Shown here one piece after another: positions 41,466-58,360 of a DNA stretch of 64,000 nt; within the stretch, counting starts at the first letter, position 1; the number at the start of each line of letters is the position of its first letter. Made by a program: the position numbers and the translations under genes. Location: NCBI RefSeq assembly GCF_009914755.1, contig NC_060926.1; one strand, 5' to 3'. The notes under the pieces were generated by a model, which saw nothing but the letters and a program-made list of their open reading frames with translations, searched no databases and was not told where the DNA came from. This stretch comes from the human T2T-CHM13v2.0 reference genome, Homo sapiens.

Positions 41466-42334
41466 TCTTTTTTATTATTATTATTATACTTTAAGTTTTA
41501 GGGTACATGTGCACAACCTGCAGGTTAGTTACATATGTATACATGTGCCATGTTGGTGTGCTGCACCCATTAACTCGTCATTTAACATTAGGTGTATCTC
41601 CTAATGCTATCCCTCCCCCCCGTCACCCTACAACAGGCCCCAGTGTGTGATGTTCCCCTTCCTGTGTCCATGTGTTCTCATTGTTCAATTCCCACCTATG
41701 AGTGAGAACATGCGGTGTTTGGTTTTTTGTCCTTGTGATAGTTTGCTGAGAATGATGGTTTCCACCTTCATCCATGTCCCTACAAAGGACATGAACTCAT
41801 CATTTTTTATGGCTGCATAGTATTCCATGGTGTATATGTGCCACATTTTCTTAATCCAGTCTATCATTGTTGGACATTTGGCTTTGTTCCAAGTCTTTGC
41901 TATTGTAAATAGTGCCTCAATAAACGTACATGTGCATGTGTATTTATAGCAGTGTGATTTATAATCCTTTGGGTATATACCCAGTGACAGGATTGCTGTG
42001 TCAAATGGTATTTCTAGTTCTAGATCCCTGAGGAATCGCCACACTGACTTCCACAATGGTTGAACTAGTTTACGGTCCCACCAACAGTGTGAAAGTGTTC
42101 CTATTTCTCCACATCCTCTCCAGCACCTGTTGTTTCCTGACTTTTTAATGATCGCCATTCTAACTGGTGTGAGATGGTATCTCATTGTGGTTTTGATTTG
42201 CATTTCTCTGATGGCCAATGTTGATGAGCATTTTTTCATATGTCTTTTGGCTGCATAAATGTCTTCTTTTGAGAAATGTCTGTTCATATCCTTTGCCCAT
42301 TTTTTGATGGGGTTGTTTTTTTCTTGTAAATTTG
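41466..42334 (-). mobile_element. 5'-truncated L1PA (PA3/PA4-like) 3' end
   Basis: ORF 41685..42287(-) is the ORF2p C-terminus ([20 protein letters not shown]...SLIGGN), followed by the 3' UTR and a taataataaaaaa tail. Confidence 0.95.
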
Positions 42335-42418
42335 ATTTTTTCTACTGTCAATTTTGATAAGTAGTATTTTCTAGGAATGTATCTCTTTCATCTAAATTTT
42401 AAACTTTTTAATATCTGA

Positions 42419-42921
<503 letters not shown>

Positions 42922-43151
42922 TGATTATTTTTTGTTGATATTCTAAATATTTTACATGGATGCTTATAGCTTATTGATGTTTAGCTTTCCTTATTTTCTA
43001 ATATTTACATTTAAAGACATTCATTTCCCTCCAGGTATGATTTTTAACTGTATCCTTGAAGTTTTAGCATATTGATTTGTATTAGTATTCAGTTCAAAGT
43101 ATTTTATACTTTCCATTGCAATATTCTCCTAGCTGTCGATTTTGATTCTTT

Positions 43152-43456
<305 letters not shown>

Positions 43457-45011
43457 GATTCTTTAAAATATTTAATTTAACTACCTTATTATCACAGACT
43501 ATACTTTATGTGATTTCAGTCCTTTGATATTTCTTGAAACTTACTTTATGGCCCAGACTATGGTCAATTTTTAATAATATTCTATGTATGATATAGAAGA
43601 AGAGGTTTTCTCAAATTTCTTCACTTATGTATGTGTAGGTCAATTAAGACAAATGTGTTAACCATGCTGTTTAAATTCCTTATTCCTACTGATTTTTTGT
43701 TTATTCTATTAGTTCCTGAGAGATGTTATATTAAAATTTTATCACTCAATCACTTTCTATTAGCAATCACTCTCTATTTTACTCCAACCTACCCAGTCCC
43801 AGGTAACCATTAATTTACTTCCTGTCTCTATAGATTTGCTTATTCTAGATATTTCATATAAAAGGAATCATACAATATGTGTATTTTTTATGAATGGATT
43901 TTTGCACTTTGCATATGTTTTTAAGGTGCATACATATTGAATCATGTATCCGTACTTTATTATATTTTTAGTGAAGAATAAAGTTATATGTATTTACATT
44001 TTTTATTCATTCGATTGATGGACATTTGATTGTTTCCACTTTTTGGCTATTGTGAATACTGACACAATGAAGATTTGTGTACAGGTATTTGTTTGGACAT
44101 ATGTTTTGATTTCTCTTTAGAATTGCTGGGTGATGTGATATCTCTACATTTAATAATTTGAGGACTACCAGAATGTTTTCCAAAGTATTTGCACCATGCT
44201 ACTTTCCCATCAGCAATCTATGAAGGATCCAGTTTCTCCACATCCTAACTAACACTTGTTATGATCTGTCTTTTTTATTATAGCCATTCCAGTGGGTGCC
44301 AACTGGTATCTCATTATGGTTTTGATATGCATTTTCCAGATGGCTAATGATGTTGAGTATATTTTCATGTGCCTATTGGCCATTTGCATATTGTCTTTGG
44401 AGAAATGTCTGTTCAGATCCTGCCTGCTTTTTAATTGAGCCATTTGTCTTTTTATTATTGACCTTAATTGTTCTGTACATATTCTAGGTACAAATCGCTT
44501 ATCAGATTTATGATTTGCAAATTTTTCTCTCATATGGGGAGTTGACTTTTCACTTTTTTGATGATATCTTTGAACCAAAAATGCTTTTAATTATGATGAA
44601 GTACAATTTATATTTTCCTTTGGACACTTTTGATTTTGTGATCCTATGAAAACTTTTCCTATGCGAAGGTCACAAAGATTTACTCCTATATTTGTTTCTA
44701 AGAGTTTTATAGTTTTAGTCCTTACATGTACATTGTGATAATTTTGAGTTAATATTCGTGTATGGTATGAGGAAGGAGTCCAACTTATTTCTTTTCATGT
44801 ATATATCCAGTTGTCCAGCATCGATCAGTAAAAACACTATTATTTTTCCATTGAATTGTCTTGGCACCCTTGTCAAAAATCAATTGACCATAAATATGAG
44901 AGTTTATTTCTGAGTTCTCAAATCTAGTCCATTGATTTGTCTATTCTTATGCCGAACCACACTATTTTTATTATTGTAGCTTTGTAGTAAACTTTAAATT
45001 TTGAAATCAGG

Positions 45012-45316
45012 GGACCAGGGACGGTGGCTCACAACTGTAACCACAGCACTTTGTGAGGCCAAGGCAGGTGGATGGCTTGAGCCTAGGAGTTCGAGACCAG
45101 CCTGGGCAACATGGTGAAACCTCATTTCTACAAAAACAATACAAAAGTTATCCAGGTGTGGTGGTGTGTGCTTATAGTCACAGCTACTCATGAGGCTGAG
45201 GCAGGAGGATCATTTGAACCTGGGAGGCAAAGATTACAGTATGCCGATATCATCGTGCCACTGTACTCCAGCCTGGGCGATAGAGCCAGACCCTATCTCA
45301 AAAAAAAAAAAAAAAA
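45012..45316 (+). mobile_element. AluJ
   Basis: gcttgagcctaggagttcgagaccagcctgggcaac and ggaggatcatttgaacc. Confidence 0.87.
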
Positions 45317-46704
45317 TTAGATCAGAAACTGTGAGTCCCCCAACTTTGTTTTTCTTTTTTAAGATTATTTAAGCTATTCTGAGTCCCTTGAATTTCTGCA
45401 TGAATTTTCAGATCAGCTAATGCAGAGGAGCCAGCTGGGATTTTGGTAGGGATTGCATTGAATCTGGGGTTCAAGTTCGGGAGCATTGCCCTCTTAACCA
45501 TATTAAGTTTTCCAATGAACATGGATTACCTTTCCATTTATTTGTGTGTTCTGTAGTTTTGTTTTAAAATGTTTTATAATTTTAAGATTATAAATGTTGT
45601 ACTTCTTTTTTAAATTTATTCCTAAGTGTTTTGTTCTTTTTAATGTTATTATAAATTGATTGTTTTCTTATATTTCCAGATTGTTTGTTCTTAATATGAA
45701 AACAAAATTGATTTCCATATTGACTATGTATCCTTGCATCCTTGCTGAATTAGTTTATTAGTTCTAATAGTTTTTGTTTTTATTGTTGTATCTTTTAGTA
45801 GATTTCCTGGGATTTTCTATAGGTAAGACTATGTGATCTGCAAACAGAGACAATTTTAGTTCTTTCTTCCTTCCTTCCTCCTTTCTTCCTTCCCTCCTTC
45901 CTTTTTTTTCCTAGAACCTCCAACACAATGTTGAATGGAAGTGCCAAGAACATAAATTCTTGTCTTTTTCTGATTGTAAGGGAAAATAGTCTTTCAGCAC
46001 TACATACTATGTTTGCTGTTGGTTTGTTATAAATGCCCATTACCAAGTTGAAAATGTTGCTTCTCTTCCTAGTTTCTAGAGTGCTTTTATTATGAAGAGG
46101 CATTGGGTTTTGTCAGACTATTTTTCTGTTCCTCTTAGTATTTAAAGGATGTTTTTGTTGGCTATAGAATTATTGGTTGGCACTAATTTATTTCAACATT
46201 TTGAATATATTCTTTCATTTTTCTGGCTTAATTTTTTGTATTGAGATATCACATGTCAGCCTAAAATTAACAAATGCTCCTGGGAAGAGGGAGGCTTTTC
46301 ATCAAATCATAACATAGTCTATACTTTATTCCTTTAAAACAGGACTTCTTTAGCCCCCTAGCTTATTGCTAGTCATTCTACCAAAGCAATTTTTAATTTA
46401 ATTGGGCCAGGCTTAAGCTTCTTCAAACTTATATAGTGACCATACATTTCTTTCAGTGGCTTTTAGAAGAAAAAGTTCACACCTCAGTAAAATAAAGCAT
46501 AGGAGAATAATGGTAAGAGGTTAAGTTCCTCTAAGATGGAAGGATAGTACTGCGGCCAACTGGTGCAGACCCTATTTTATAGGACCACAATCAATTGGGG
46601 ATCCTAGTATCTTCTGTTAAGTGGTCCTCTCCCATGAAAGACCATTTAAAATAATATTTGGGCCTGATTAAAAATGAAACTTCTAGGAACACTAATCGAG
46701 TTGA

Positions 46705-47377
<673 letters not shown>

Positions 47378-49613
47378 TATTCATTTATCTTCTAACACAA
47401 CCTTCAGATGCTCAAACTGCTTCATGTAAAACTTTTAGCATGCTTATGAATTCCCGTAATGCCCCAATTAAATCCCCTAATTCTTGGTAGTACCAAAAAT
47501 GTTTCAGCATTTGTAATATTCCTGCTTGTGATTGCTTTGTGAGAAGAAGAAATTTGGGGCCCAGTCTGTCAGTCTCTCAGTTTTATGAGCTATAGGCAGC
47601 ACAGTATCATTTATTTTAAAGTGGTAAAGAAAACCACAGCAGTACTCCAGGGAGTGTGATTTCTTCTCCAGCCCTTGAAGCACAACTTTTAGTGAGTGCC
47701 TCTCGGCACACCTATGCATGCCTGCCCCTATTAGATCAAAACTGTGCATACTCTTAGACCTCTGAGCTCCAGATGGCTCACAGTGATCCTGCCACCAGCT
47801 TTAATATGGAAGTGTAAAGTATAGCTATTTCATATCTCAACTTTTATTACACTCAGTAGCTGGATGTAGTTCCAATCTCATTGATTTTATTTAGAAATAT
47901 AAACAAATTAGTTATCTGTTATTTACAACAGCAGTGCTAGTAAATCCAAGGACTAGCCTTGAATGAATGTGTTAGAGAAGCAGCAGAATTCGATTTTAAA
48001 AAGATAAAAAGAAGTAAAAGGATTGGGATTGTGGCAAGATAAAATAGAAATGGAAATTCCTTTAAAGAACATGCTATAGGAATTGAAAATCTCTGGTAAC
48101 AGTTTTTAAGTGTTATACCTAAGGAAATAGGATGGTATAACTAAAGAAATGCTATTATATCCCTTCCCTACAGATTCTCTTTTGGCTTTCATGTTGTAAG
48201 GAACTTGGATTTCCCAAGGAATTAGAATATACCAGCAAAGATCAAGTGCTTATATAAGAAAGCTCAGTATTGTGGTTTTGTACCCCATTTATAGCAAGTA
48301 CACAGATCCCTAAATCCTGTGTTCTGTGGGTGAATAATAACCTTGGCTTTAGTTTATTTTCTTTTCTTATTCTCAGCATTGACCTTGACTTCCTTCTATA
48401 TATTTTATTTGCATCTATTATTTTTATTGTTATCTTGCTGTATTTGTGCAAGCCACCTCAAATCCTTTTTGGAACAAACTTAGTGATGCATAGATGGACA
48501 TATAAAAATAACAGTTAACAACTTACTATGTTTACTGTACACTCTACAGTTTTGTGAGGGGATAAATAACCTGCACAGTGAGTGTGGACAAAGCCAGAGA
48601 AACACTATTTTGGTAAGATTATTTTGACTCTATAGTTTCCCTTTGAGTCATGCCGAGGCAGTATGTCTTAGAGATTTCTCTCTTACTGGACACTTGAATA
48701 TCAAAGGGATAGGAGGAAGTTAGAGATAAAATTTCAACCTCCCTTCTGATGCCAACCTGGTACTATTTAAGTCTCATGCCATCTAAGGCCTGCATTTCAC
48801 ATGTCCCCTTCCAACCCCCAAATATCTCTCTCATAAGGGGGCTTACTCAATGTACAAAGGATGCCTAGATAATTTGTATGCTCTTTAAGGATTAAATGGA
48901 TCATTCATTCATTTCTTATGCATCAATTCAGAGTCTGTTGTCTATGGGGTATGGCATTCTATTAGAAAATCTTGTCTCAGCCTTTAAGAAACTTAAGTCA
49001 TATATTAACAAACACATAACAATCCGCAACTTAAAAATCAGTGTGGATATAATGACACTTCTTTTGGCTGGACACTGAAATCTAGTCTTTGACTCTGATT
49101 TGCTACGTTGCCTAATGGCAGATACTCAGTCGAGTTCATTCCCACTTATCCAGTGATTTATCTTGCCACATGATGATTCCTAGGCCCTGCTCAAAATTTA
49201 GTTCAAAGTTCCAGCTCTTCCTCTCTGCAAACACTCCCAGCCTCACCATGAGGTAACACCTTGTGCAGCGATCTGTAGCAAACATTTCCATCCCTACCTT
49301 TAAGATTTATAGGAACATGTGGAAACCTCTTCTGCAAGTTCTTCAGAAAATGAAGGAAAATAGGAGAGGGATCACTCCAGGGCCTCTCTTGGGCTGGATA
49401 TTCTAGATGCCACATATCTACAAACATGTATTAAGAAAGAAAGTCTACCCTCCTGCTTTGGAAATTATCTGTCTGGCTATCGTAGCCCAAGTCTATCCAA
49501 TATTTGAATTTGTTCCCCTTCTAGTTCTGATTTTATATGGCTATGTGGGTAGACCAATGTTGGGGGACCAGTTTGTTTGACCGTTGCATTTTCAGGATAA
49601 ATAAGACATTGTT

Positions 49614-49960
49614 GGACCAGGCACAGCGGCTCACGCTTGTAATCCCAGCACTTAGGGAGGCTGAGGCAGGAAGATTGCTTGAGCCCAGGAGTTTGAGACC
49701 AGCCTGGGCAACATGGTGAAACCACGTCTCTACAAAAAATACAAAAATTAGCTGGGTATGGTGGTGTGCACCTGTAGTCCCAGCTACTCAGAAGACTGAG
49801 AGGTGGGAGGATTGCTTGAGCCTGGGAGGTCAAGGCTGCAGTGAGCCATGATTGTGCCACTGAACTCCAGCCTGGGTGACAGAGCAAGACCTTGTCTCAG
49901 AGAAAAGAAAGAAAAGAAAAAAAGAAAAGAAAAGAAAAAAGGAAGGAAGGAAGGAAGGAA
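49614..49960 (+). mobile_element. AluJ with a (GAAAA)n/(GGAA)n tail
   Basis: gattgcttgagcccaggagtttgag and ggaggtcaaggctgcagtgagccatg. Confidence 0.88.
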
Positions 49961-50004
49961 ATACATTGTTATTCTGGTTTCAAATATTAGTCTCAAGGAT
50001 ATCA

Positions 50005-50361
<357 letters not shown>

Positions 50362-50391
50362 TTAGGTCAAGTTCCTGAGTCTGCAAAGTAG

Positions 50392-50738
<347 letters not shown>

Positions 50739-51129
50739 AGGTGAATTTATATTCTAAGGCTATTAGCTTGAAGCAGGCAGGGACTGTGTTTAGCTCACTC
50801 ATTATTCTTTATTTTAAAGTGCCTGATCCATAGTAGACATCTGATGTATCTGAATGAAAGAAAATTCTCCTTTCTCAGGCTTCTTAGAAGTCACTCTACT
50901 GACTCTCCTGGTGATATCAATCACATCACACAAGAAGTTCCTTTGAACTTCTTGGTAAGTTGTATTATACCCATTCTATAGATGGAAAAAGCAAGATTTA
51001 AATTAATTAAATATCTTTTCTATTATAAAAAATTTAATAGAATGACTTTGAAACCTAGCTGTATACAATTTCAAAGCCCATGCCCCTTCCATTACATCAT
51101 GGTGCTCATCAGAATAGAGATTACAGCTA

Positions 51130-51980
51130 GCTAGAGCTTGAACCTGGGAGTTCAAGCTTCTTGGAAAAGACATAATTTGAACTGGGTTTTTAAGGTTGTG
51201 TAGTACTTCAGCCTACAAACAGGATACACAATATCAGCAAAATATGAAGGAGCAAGAGATTGCATGCTATATTAGGAAAATATTAAGTAATAAAGTTCAA
51301 CTTGAGTATATAAGCTATAAGTAACCAACTGGATGGAGGATGACCCCCAAAAAGTTTGACAGATCTTTAAATTCTTGAATGCCAGATGGAGCAATTTTAA
51401 CATTCTTCTATAGATAATCAGAAGTAAACACAGGTTTTCAAAGAACATATGAAACATGATTAAAGCCATGCTTTAGAGTGATGATTCAAGTTGACATGTT
51501 CCTTAATTGGAAGTAAAGAGACGATTTAAGAAGCTATTGAAAATAGTGCATGTGATGATAGTAAGGGTAGGACAGTGGGAAAGGAGAGGGACAATTCAAA
51601 GAAGCCCTGAGCTTCAAGGCCAAGGTAGGTAGGGAATGGAGCATTAACAGAAATGGAGGAGTTAAATTGAGAATGTAGGTCAATCATGCTTTTGGTTTTG
51701 TATACATTACATTGGCATTGCTTGTAGTATATCCATATGTAGATGGACAGCAGGAAGTTGGAATGCCTGCCTGTAGTTTGAAAAGTCTCCTCTAGAGTCA
51801 TCTGTTGGGGATTTTTCTGCAGAGAGACAATAATTGAAATCATAGAGCAAATGAGATTGTCAGAGGCAAGGGTATGAAAAGTAAAGACTTGAACAAACCT
51901 CAGGCAGGAACATTCAGGGGGCAGAAGGAGGAAGAAGAAGCCTCAAAGTAGACAGAGAAGGCGGGGTTGGAGAGGTAGGT
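51130..51980 (-). mobile_element. L2 fragments
   Basis: gtgacatgat-like segments, gaagctattgaaatagtgca and aatgagattgtcagagg. Confidence 0.5.
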
Positions 51981-52844
51981 GGCTATTACTTCCCTCAAGG
52001 GGTTATTTCTGCTACTTTCAAGACTGAGGACTACTGTCTTAGTTAATGACAGAAGATGATGAAAATAGCTAGGAGGAACTAAGTTGGTAAATATGGATTA
52101 GGCTAAGGTAAATTTGATGAGCCGAATATAATTTTTTTGTGACCATTGACTTTTAAAACCTTTTTTTACAAAGGTTTTAAACCTTTGTAAAATGTTACTT
52201 CAAACCTGGTTTATTTTTCCAGCCTTCCCCCTGCCTCCTTTTTGAATAAAAGTAGGATGGTAAAGTCTAGGCAATACTGACGGACAATGGGTTTCTAGGA
52301 AATCGTGACTAGAAAACATTTAGGAATACCATTCTAAGTTAACTTTCAGACTTGCTTCAAATGTGAATTGAACTATCAGCAACTGAAGTTATAGAACACT
52401 TTGAACTGAAAATAAAGTCAATTAATTGTATAACTTTATCTCAACTATTAAGGTGCTCTTTTAGTTTTCTAATATTTTGTCTTTGAAATACTAATCCTTC
52501 ATTGCCCTCTGGTTTTCAATTTTTAATAAGTTAGATAATATCATTTTACTTTTAAAATTTCAATTTAATATAAGTAACATTTGCTTCTCCATCCTTTCAT
52601 AATGCTAAACACACAAAAAATTCTGCTATCTTTGGATATTTCTGGTTGATAAGCATTCGGCATATTTTTGTTGTTTCAGTATATGAGACTTTTGTAAAAA
52701 GAAAACAAAAGGTAAGTGAATAAAATAACTTCATTGCTGAAGATCTAAATTTGCTTGCCCAGTCTTTATGAGATCATGTGATTTCATAGCTCTCTGAATA
52801 TTTTCTGCTAATCTAGGTATGTTTAGTAAAGAGAGGCTTTGTAA

Positions 52845-53212
<368 letters not shown>

Positions 53213-53242
53213 CTCAACCTTTATTTTAGAATCGGGGTACAT

Positions 53243-53619
<377 letters not shown>

Positions 53620-54883
53620 TCACCCAGCTACTGAGCATAGCACACAACAGTTAGTTTTTCGGCCCTTGCTCTCCTGCCTCCCTCCCCACTGTAGTAGTTA
53701 CCGGTGTCTATTGTTGCCATATTTATGTCCATGAGTACCTAATGTTTAGCTCCCACTTATAAATGAGAACATACCATGTTTGTTTTCCTTTCCTGAGTTA
53801 ATTCACTTAGAACAGTGGCCTCCAGCTGCATCCATGTTGCCACAAAGAACATGGTTTTGTTCTTTTATAGAAACAAATTTTTAACTAACTTTTATTATTA
53901 ATTTCAATTGATATGAGAAACCCTGAAAATAATCTGCATAAATGTGTAGAATATTTGGAAGGTGTCTGTAATCTCCATGTTTATTTGTTGTCATTAAAGC
54001 ACATTGGTTGGCAAAAATAAGAAAAGCAATCCATGTCATAGTAAATATTACGTTAGGAGAAGGCAAACATAAAGTTTAAAAAGATTGGAAACAATAGCAA
54101 TTTAATAGAGTGGCCTCTAAAATAAAATAATTTGTTATAGTGCAAGATGAAACTATCAAGCCTCCAATTTATAAGTATTTCTTGCCTAAAAAATAGAAAA
54201 GAAATTAAGCTTTACTTATCATTAATATAGATATTTACACTGGCACCTTCACACCCTCTGTATATTAGCAAAGTTCAGTTCATACCAAGTGTTTAAGTTA
54301 TACCCAGGGCATATTATAAGAGTCGATGCTGTTTGAGAATTACTCTAACACTCTTGGGTTCCCTTTCACTGTTTTGCTATGGATTGTGATTTCCCTGTCC
54401 CATTAAGTCACTTTTAAACCTTATTATTTTCAATATTGTAAAGTTTAAATACTTTGTAATGAGGAAGACAATGACCACGAAATTGTTGTGTTCTACTGGT
54501 TATCTTCCCAAATTACTTGAAGTGGTTGTTGAAATAAAAAATTGAGTTTACATTGCAAATTAGTTAAGTGCTCCAAATTTGCTGAACTTTGCTGCAATTA
54601 CAGATAGGCCTCCGTAGAATGCTACCTGGTAGATACTTTTTAAAGACAGTTTAAAATTGATTCCATCAAGATAAAATTGGTATTTTATCAATGAGTGATT
54701 CATCAACTGTCTTTTTGAAAGAAACTCACAAAAGGAAAAAGCATTTTGAAAATGAGTCTTTAGAAATATTTCTATTGTTATGTGATTTTGCTTCATTTTA
54801 GCAGCAGCTGTAAATATGTCACCTATAAGTACTCTAATAATTGCTTCTTAATTAAAAAGACACAAACAAAAGAAAAATTCTTA

Positions 54884-55030
54884 AGCCAAGCACACTAACG
54901 GGTGCCTGTAGTCCCAATACCTCAGGAGGCTGAGGTGGGAGGACCGCTTAGTCCCAGGAGTTTGAGTCCAGCCTGGGAAACTTAGCAAGACCTCCTCACT
55001 AAAAACAAAACCCAAACCAGCAACAAAAAA
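54884..55030 (+). mobile_element. FLAM-like Alu monomer
   Basis: gcctgtagtccc...ggaggctgaggtgggagga...ccaggagtttgagtccagcctggg followed by an A-rich tail. Confidence 0.75.
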
Positions 55031-55516
55031 CTTGGTAACATTTTATACCTGTTTACAAATTTTCTAAATAAAGAATTTCAGTGGGTCATGAACTCATTGC
55101 TAAAAATGTAACAGTTCAACAACTTTGATTAGGTGTCAAAAACAAGTATTTAAGAAGACACCACGCTGATGAATTTCAACAAAACATTTGCATAATTTTT
55201 AGATAGGATCGAAAAATTAGTATCATGATTTTTTAAGTGCCATCTTTCCTGTACTCTTTCTATTAGAAATACAGATCTTTGTGAAGTATAATTTTCAGCC
55301 AAGTTTAAGAAGCTGAACTAAACTCTCAGGTTACAAAATATTAAAGTAAGACTTTCACACAATTTCAGCATATGCAATTATATAACTTTCACTAAAAAAA
55401 TAATAATTTTATTAAGAGCAAAGATTTTATATATCATTAACTTGAAAATTATATAAACATTATTTTCCCCTTTTAATCTAGTCTTTAAAATATTCTGCTT
55501 ATATATCTATAATTAT

Positions 55517-55948
55517 TGTTAAAATAAAAACTTCAGCTGAATTAAATTTAAAAGAGTTTAATTGAGCAATGAACAATTTGCAAATCGGGCAGCCTCCAGA
55601 AACATACCAGATTCAGAGGGACTCCAGGGGTGCCTTGTGGTCAGAACAGATTTATAGACAAAAAAAGTAAAGTGATGTACAGGAATTGAAAGTGAGGTAC
55701 AGAAACAGCTCAATTGTTACAGGCTGTCATTTTGCGTTATTTGAACACAGTTTGAACACTCAGCAGGGTATAAGTGGTTGAAGTATGGCTGCTGGGATTG
55801 GCCAAGACTCGTCTATTGTTAGAAGCACATACTTCTAAGTTAGGCTTTCAGTCTTGTCTACCTATTAAGTTAGGTTGCAGTTCATCCAAAAGGACTCAAA
55901 TATAGAAGTACAGAGTCCTTCTCAGGCCATACTTAGTTTGCTTTAACA
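55517..55948 (-). mobile_element. MER57-family ERV1 solo LTR
   Basis: TG...CA ends. agtttaattgagcaatgaacaatt...gagtccttctcaggccatacttagtttgctttaaca. Flanks ttat/ctat. Confidence 0.75.
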
Positions 55949-56124
55949 CTATGCATATGTCATACCATGTATAATACAATGGTACAGTAGTCTATTATTC
56001 AAATAGTTGAGTCCATTAATTTAATAAGCTAAAACAAGCAAAATAAAATGTATTTCTTTCAGAATAATAATTCTATTGAAGAGTACACAGTACGTTAATG
56101 TCTCTTATTATATAAGCAGTAACA

Positions 56125-56351
56125 TGGGTGGTATCATGACTTCCCTATGGGTCCTTTTGCTTCCTCAGTCCCTTCCTCCATAAAAATATTTAAATTATAT
56201 TTTATGAATGCTTTGGTATAAAGGTGAATATATTATTTAATTAAAAGTTACTTTTTTATTATTAAAATAATTAAGTCACTTTATGTACCCCTAAAAGTAT
56301 TGTGGGCCCAAAGTGCTGTGTCTACTGAGCCATATGAATATGTTGGCCCTG
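56125..56351. mobile_element. MER45-like hAT MITE
   Basis: cccttcctccataaaaatatt...cctaaaagtattgtgggccc...gttggccctg. Confidence 0.5.
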
Positions 56352-56689
56352 GGACCAACACCGCAAGAGGCGACACGGAGCTTCTAAAGGGCACTCCATT
56401 TTACCCATCCTCACATTTAGGTTTGTTTCATAACTAGTATTCTGTTTGTTACAAAAATAGCCACACATGAGGACCAGGTGTACTTTGAGAAAGGGCTAAT
56501 GAGTCACAGAATATGTGTTTTCTCCAAATAATCCCTCAAAGACATGAAGCCTTCCTGTTTGAAAGATGGTGGTTTCCTCAAAACAGCAGCCAGGACAAGA
56601 AAAGGGAGAAAACATGCACCCGAAGCCACCAGCTAGGAACAGGTGGACACGGAGGCAGACTGTACACAGGTCCTGCCAGAATCAATAAA

Positions 56690-57190
56690 ACAGGACGTCA
56701 GTGCTCCAATCTTCAACAGAATTAAAACCCAAGCTCCTTGCCATGGCCTACAGCCTGGCCCCATGCCATTCTATCCTGTCTCATCTGCCCCCTCATTTTG
56801 CCTTCGTCATGCTGGCCTTCCTCCTGTTCCTCAAATACAAACATACGAAGCTCACTGGAGCCTATAGGCCTTTGCAGGGACATTCTTTCCCCACATTGAG
56901 GAAAAGCTATCTCCTTTGTGTCACTTAGGCCTTTGATACATGTTACTTCCCCATAGAGTTTTTCCTCCACAACCCTTCCCTCACTGGTACATCACCCTGT
57001 TTTATTTTCTTCATAGAATTCACTGCTGCCTGAAGCCATCATGAACATTTATTCATCTGCATATTGCCTATCTCCCCAAATTGAATGTATGCTCTATGGT
57101 TGTGGAGAGCAAGTCTATCTTGGATCCTTGGAGCTCCTCGGTGCCTAGAACAGCACCTGGCATTCAAGAAATGCTTATCCAATGAGTAAC
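56690..57190 (+). mobile_element. L2 3' region
   Basis: aaaacccaagctccttgccatggcctaca...ctggccttcctcctgttcctcaaa...gtgcctagaacagcacctggca. Confidence 0.75.
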
Positions 57191-57959
57191 TATGCTCAAC
57201 TGAACATCTCCCTCCCAATCCTTTCCTCCTCTACTTCCACTCCTTCTACTTCCACTCAAGTTCAGTTCATGGCCCTGACTCGAGCATATGACCTTTCATT
57301 TTCAGAACATCAAATCTAATTCAGCACCTATTTTAACATATTTGAAAATAGCAATTTTGACAGGGTACAATATAGTGTTGTACAATCAGGAAGCTGAGAA
57401 AAATCTACCTACACATCTTAAATCTTTATACTTACTGGTACCAATGCACTTCACATGAGTATGCATCACATTATTAACAGACTGAAACATTGTTACATAA
57501 AACCTCTTTGTGCTACATCCAGAACTTGGGTGACAGTTTGGGTGAAATGATACAATACATACATTGTACCCAGTGATCATGCATGTTTTTCTCAAAAGTG
57601 GAGGCAATAGTAGAGAATATAGTACTTGATATTTAAAATATGAACAGTAGTAACATTCCCAGGGCCTCTTTCTACAGCCACACAGAGCTACTTCCAAGCA
57701 GGAAAGTTTCTGAAGTGCCTCACTGCATACTTTCATTCTCTATGGAGCAGTTGTGGTAAGCCTATTGTTAAATGGTCACTAATTGGTAATACTCAACTAA
57801 AAAACAAAACTGTGGAAGACAATTTTTAAGTCCCCCGCTGCCTCCAGAGACTGATTCTTCAGCTGCTAGACTTTCTGCTAAAACCACTTCAATTTTCCAC
57901 TCTCCCTGCTCACACTTCATTACCCATCCTTCTCCACACACACTCACAGACCAGCCAAC

Positions 57960-58360
57960 CAAGAGGAATTTACTTACTGCTGGTGGTGTGTTCAGTACTG
58001 TGCCAGAGCTTTGAGGATAAGGAAGTAAAGTGTAAAAAAAAAAAAATCATTTCTGTTCTTGGAGAGTTATAGTCCAGAAAAGAGACAAAATTGCTAGGCA
58101 TACAAAAATATTGAATCCCGGAGGACAAAATACCACCACAGGAAGCAGACGCAGAGCTCATTTTCCAAGTAAGAGAGAAGAGCACTTCAGGCAAATGGGT
58201 AAAGACATAAAGAAGGAATGAATGTGGCTTGTTTGTGGACTTTGAGAAGACTTGGTTAAAATGAAGTCTATGTTGGGAAAAAGTGAGAAATGAGGTTGGT
58301 TAGCAAATCAGAACATATCATCAAGATGTGGAATATTAGGCAAAAGTTTTTAGATTTGTT
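57960..58360 (-). mobile_element. L2 3' region
   Basis: tactgtgccagagc...cttggagagttatagtccag. Confidence 0.55.

Noticed and set aside
41685-42287. 200-aa ORF as a gene
   Set aside because: It is the C-terminus of L1 ORF2p in a 5'-truncated element with no promoter.
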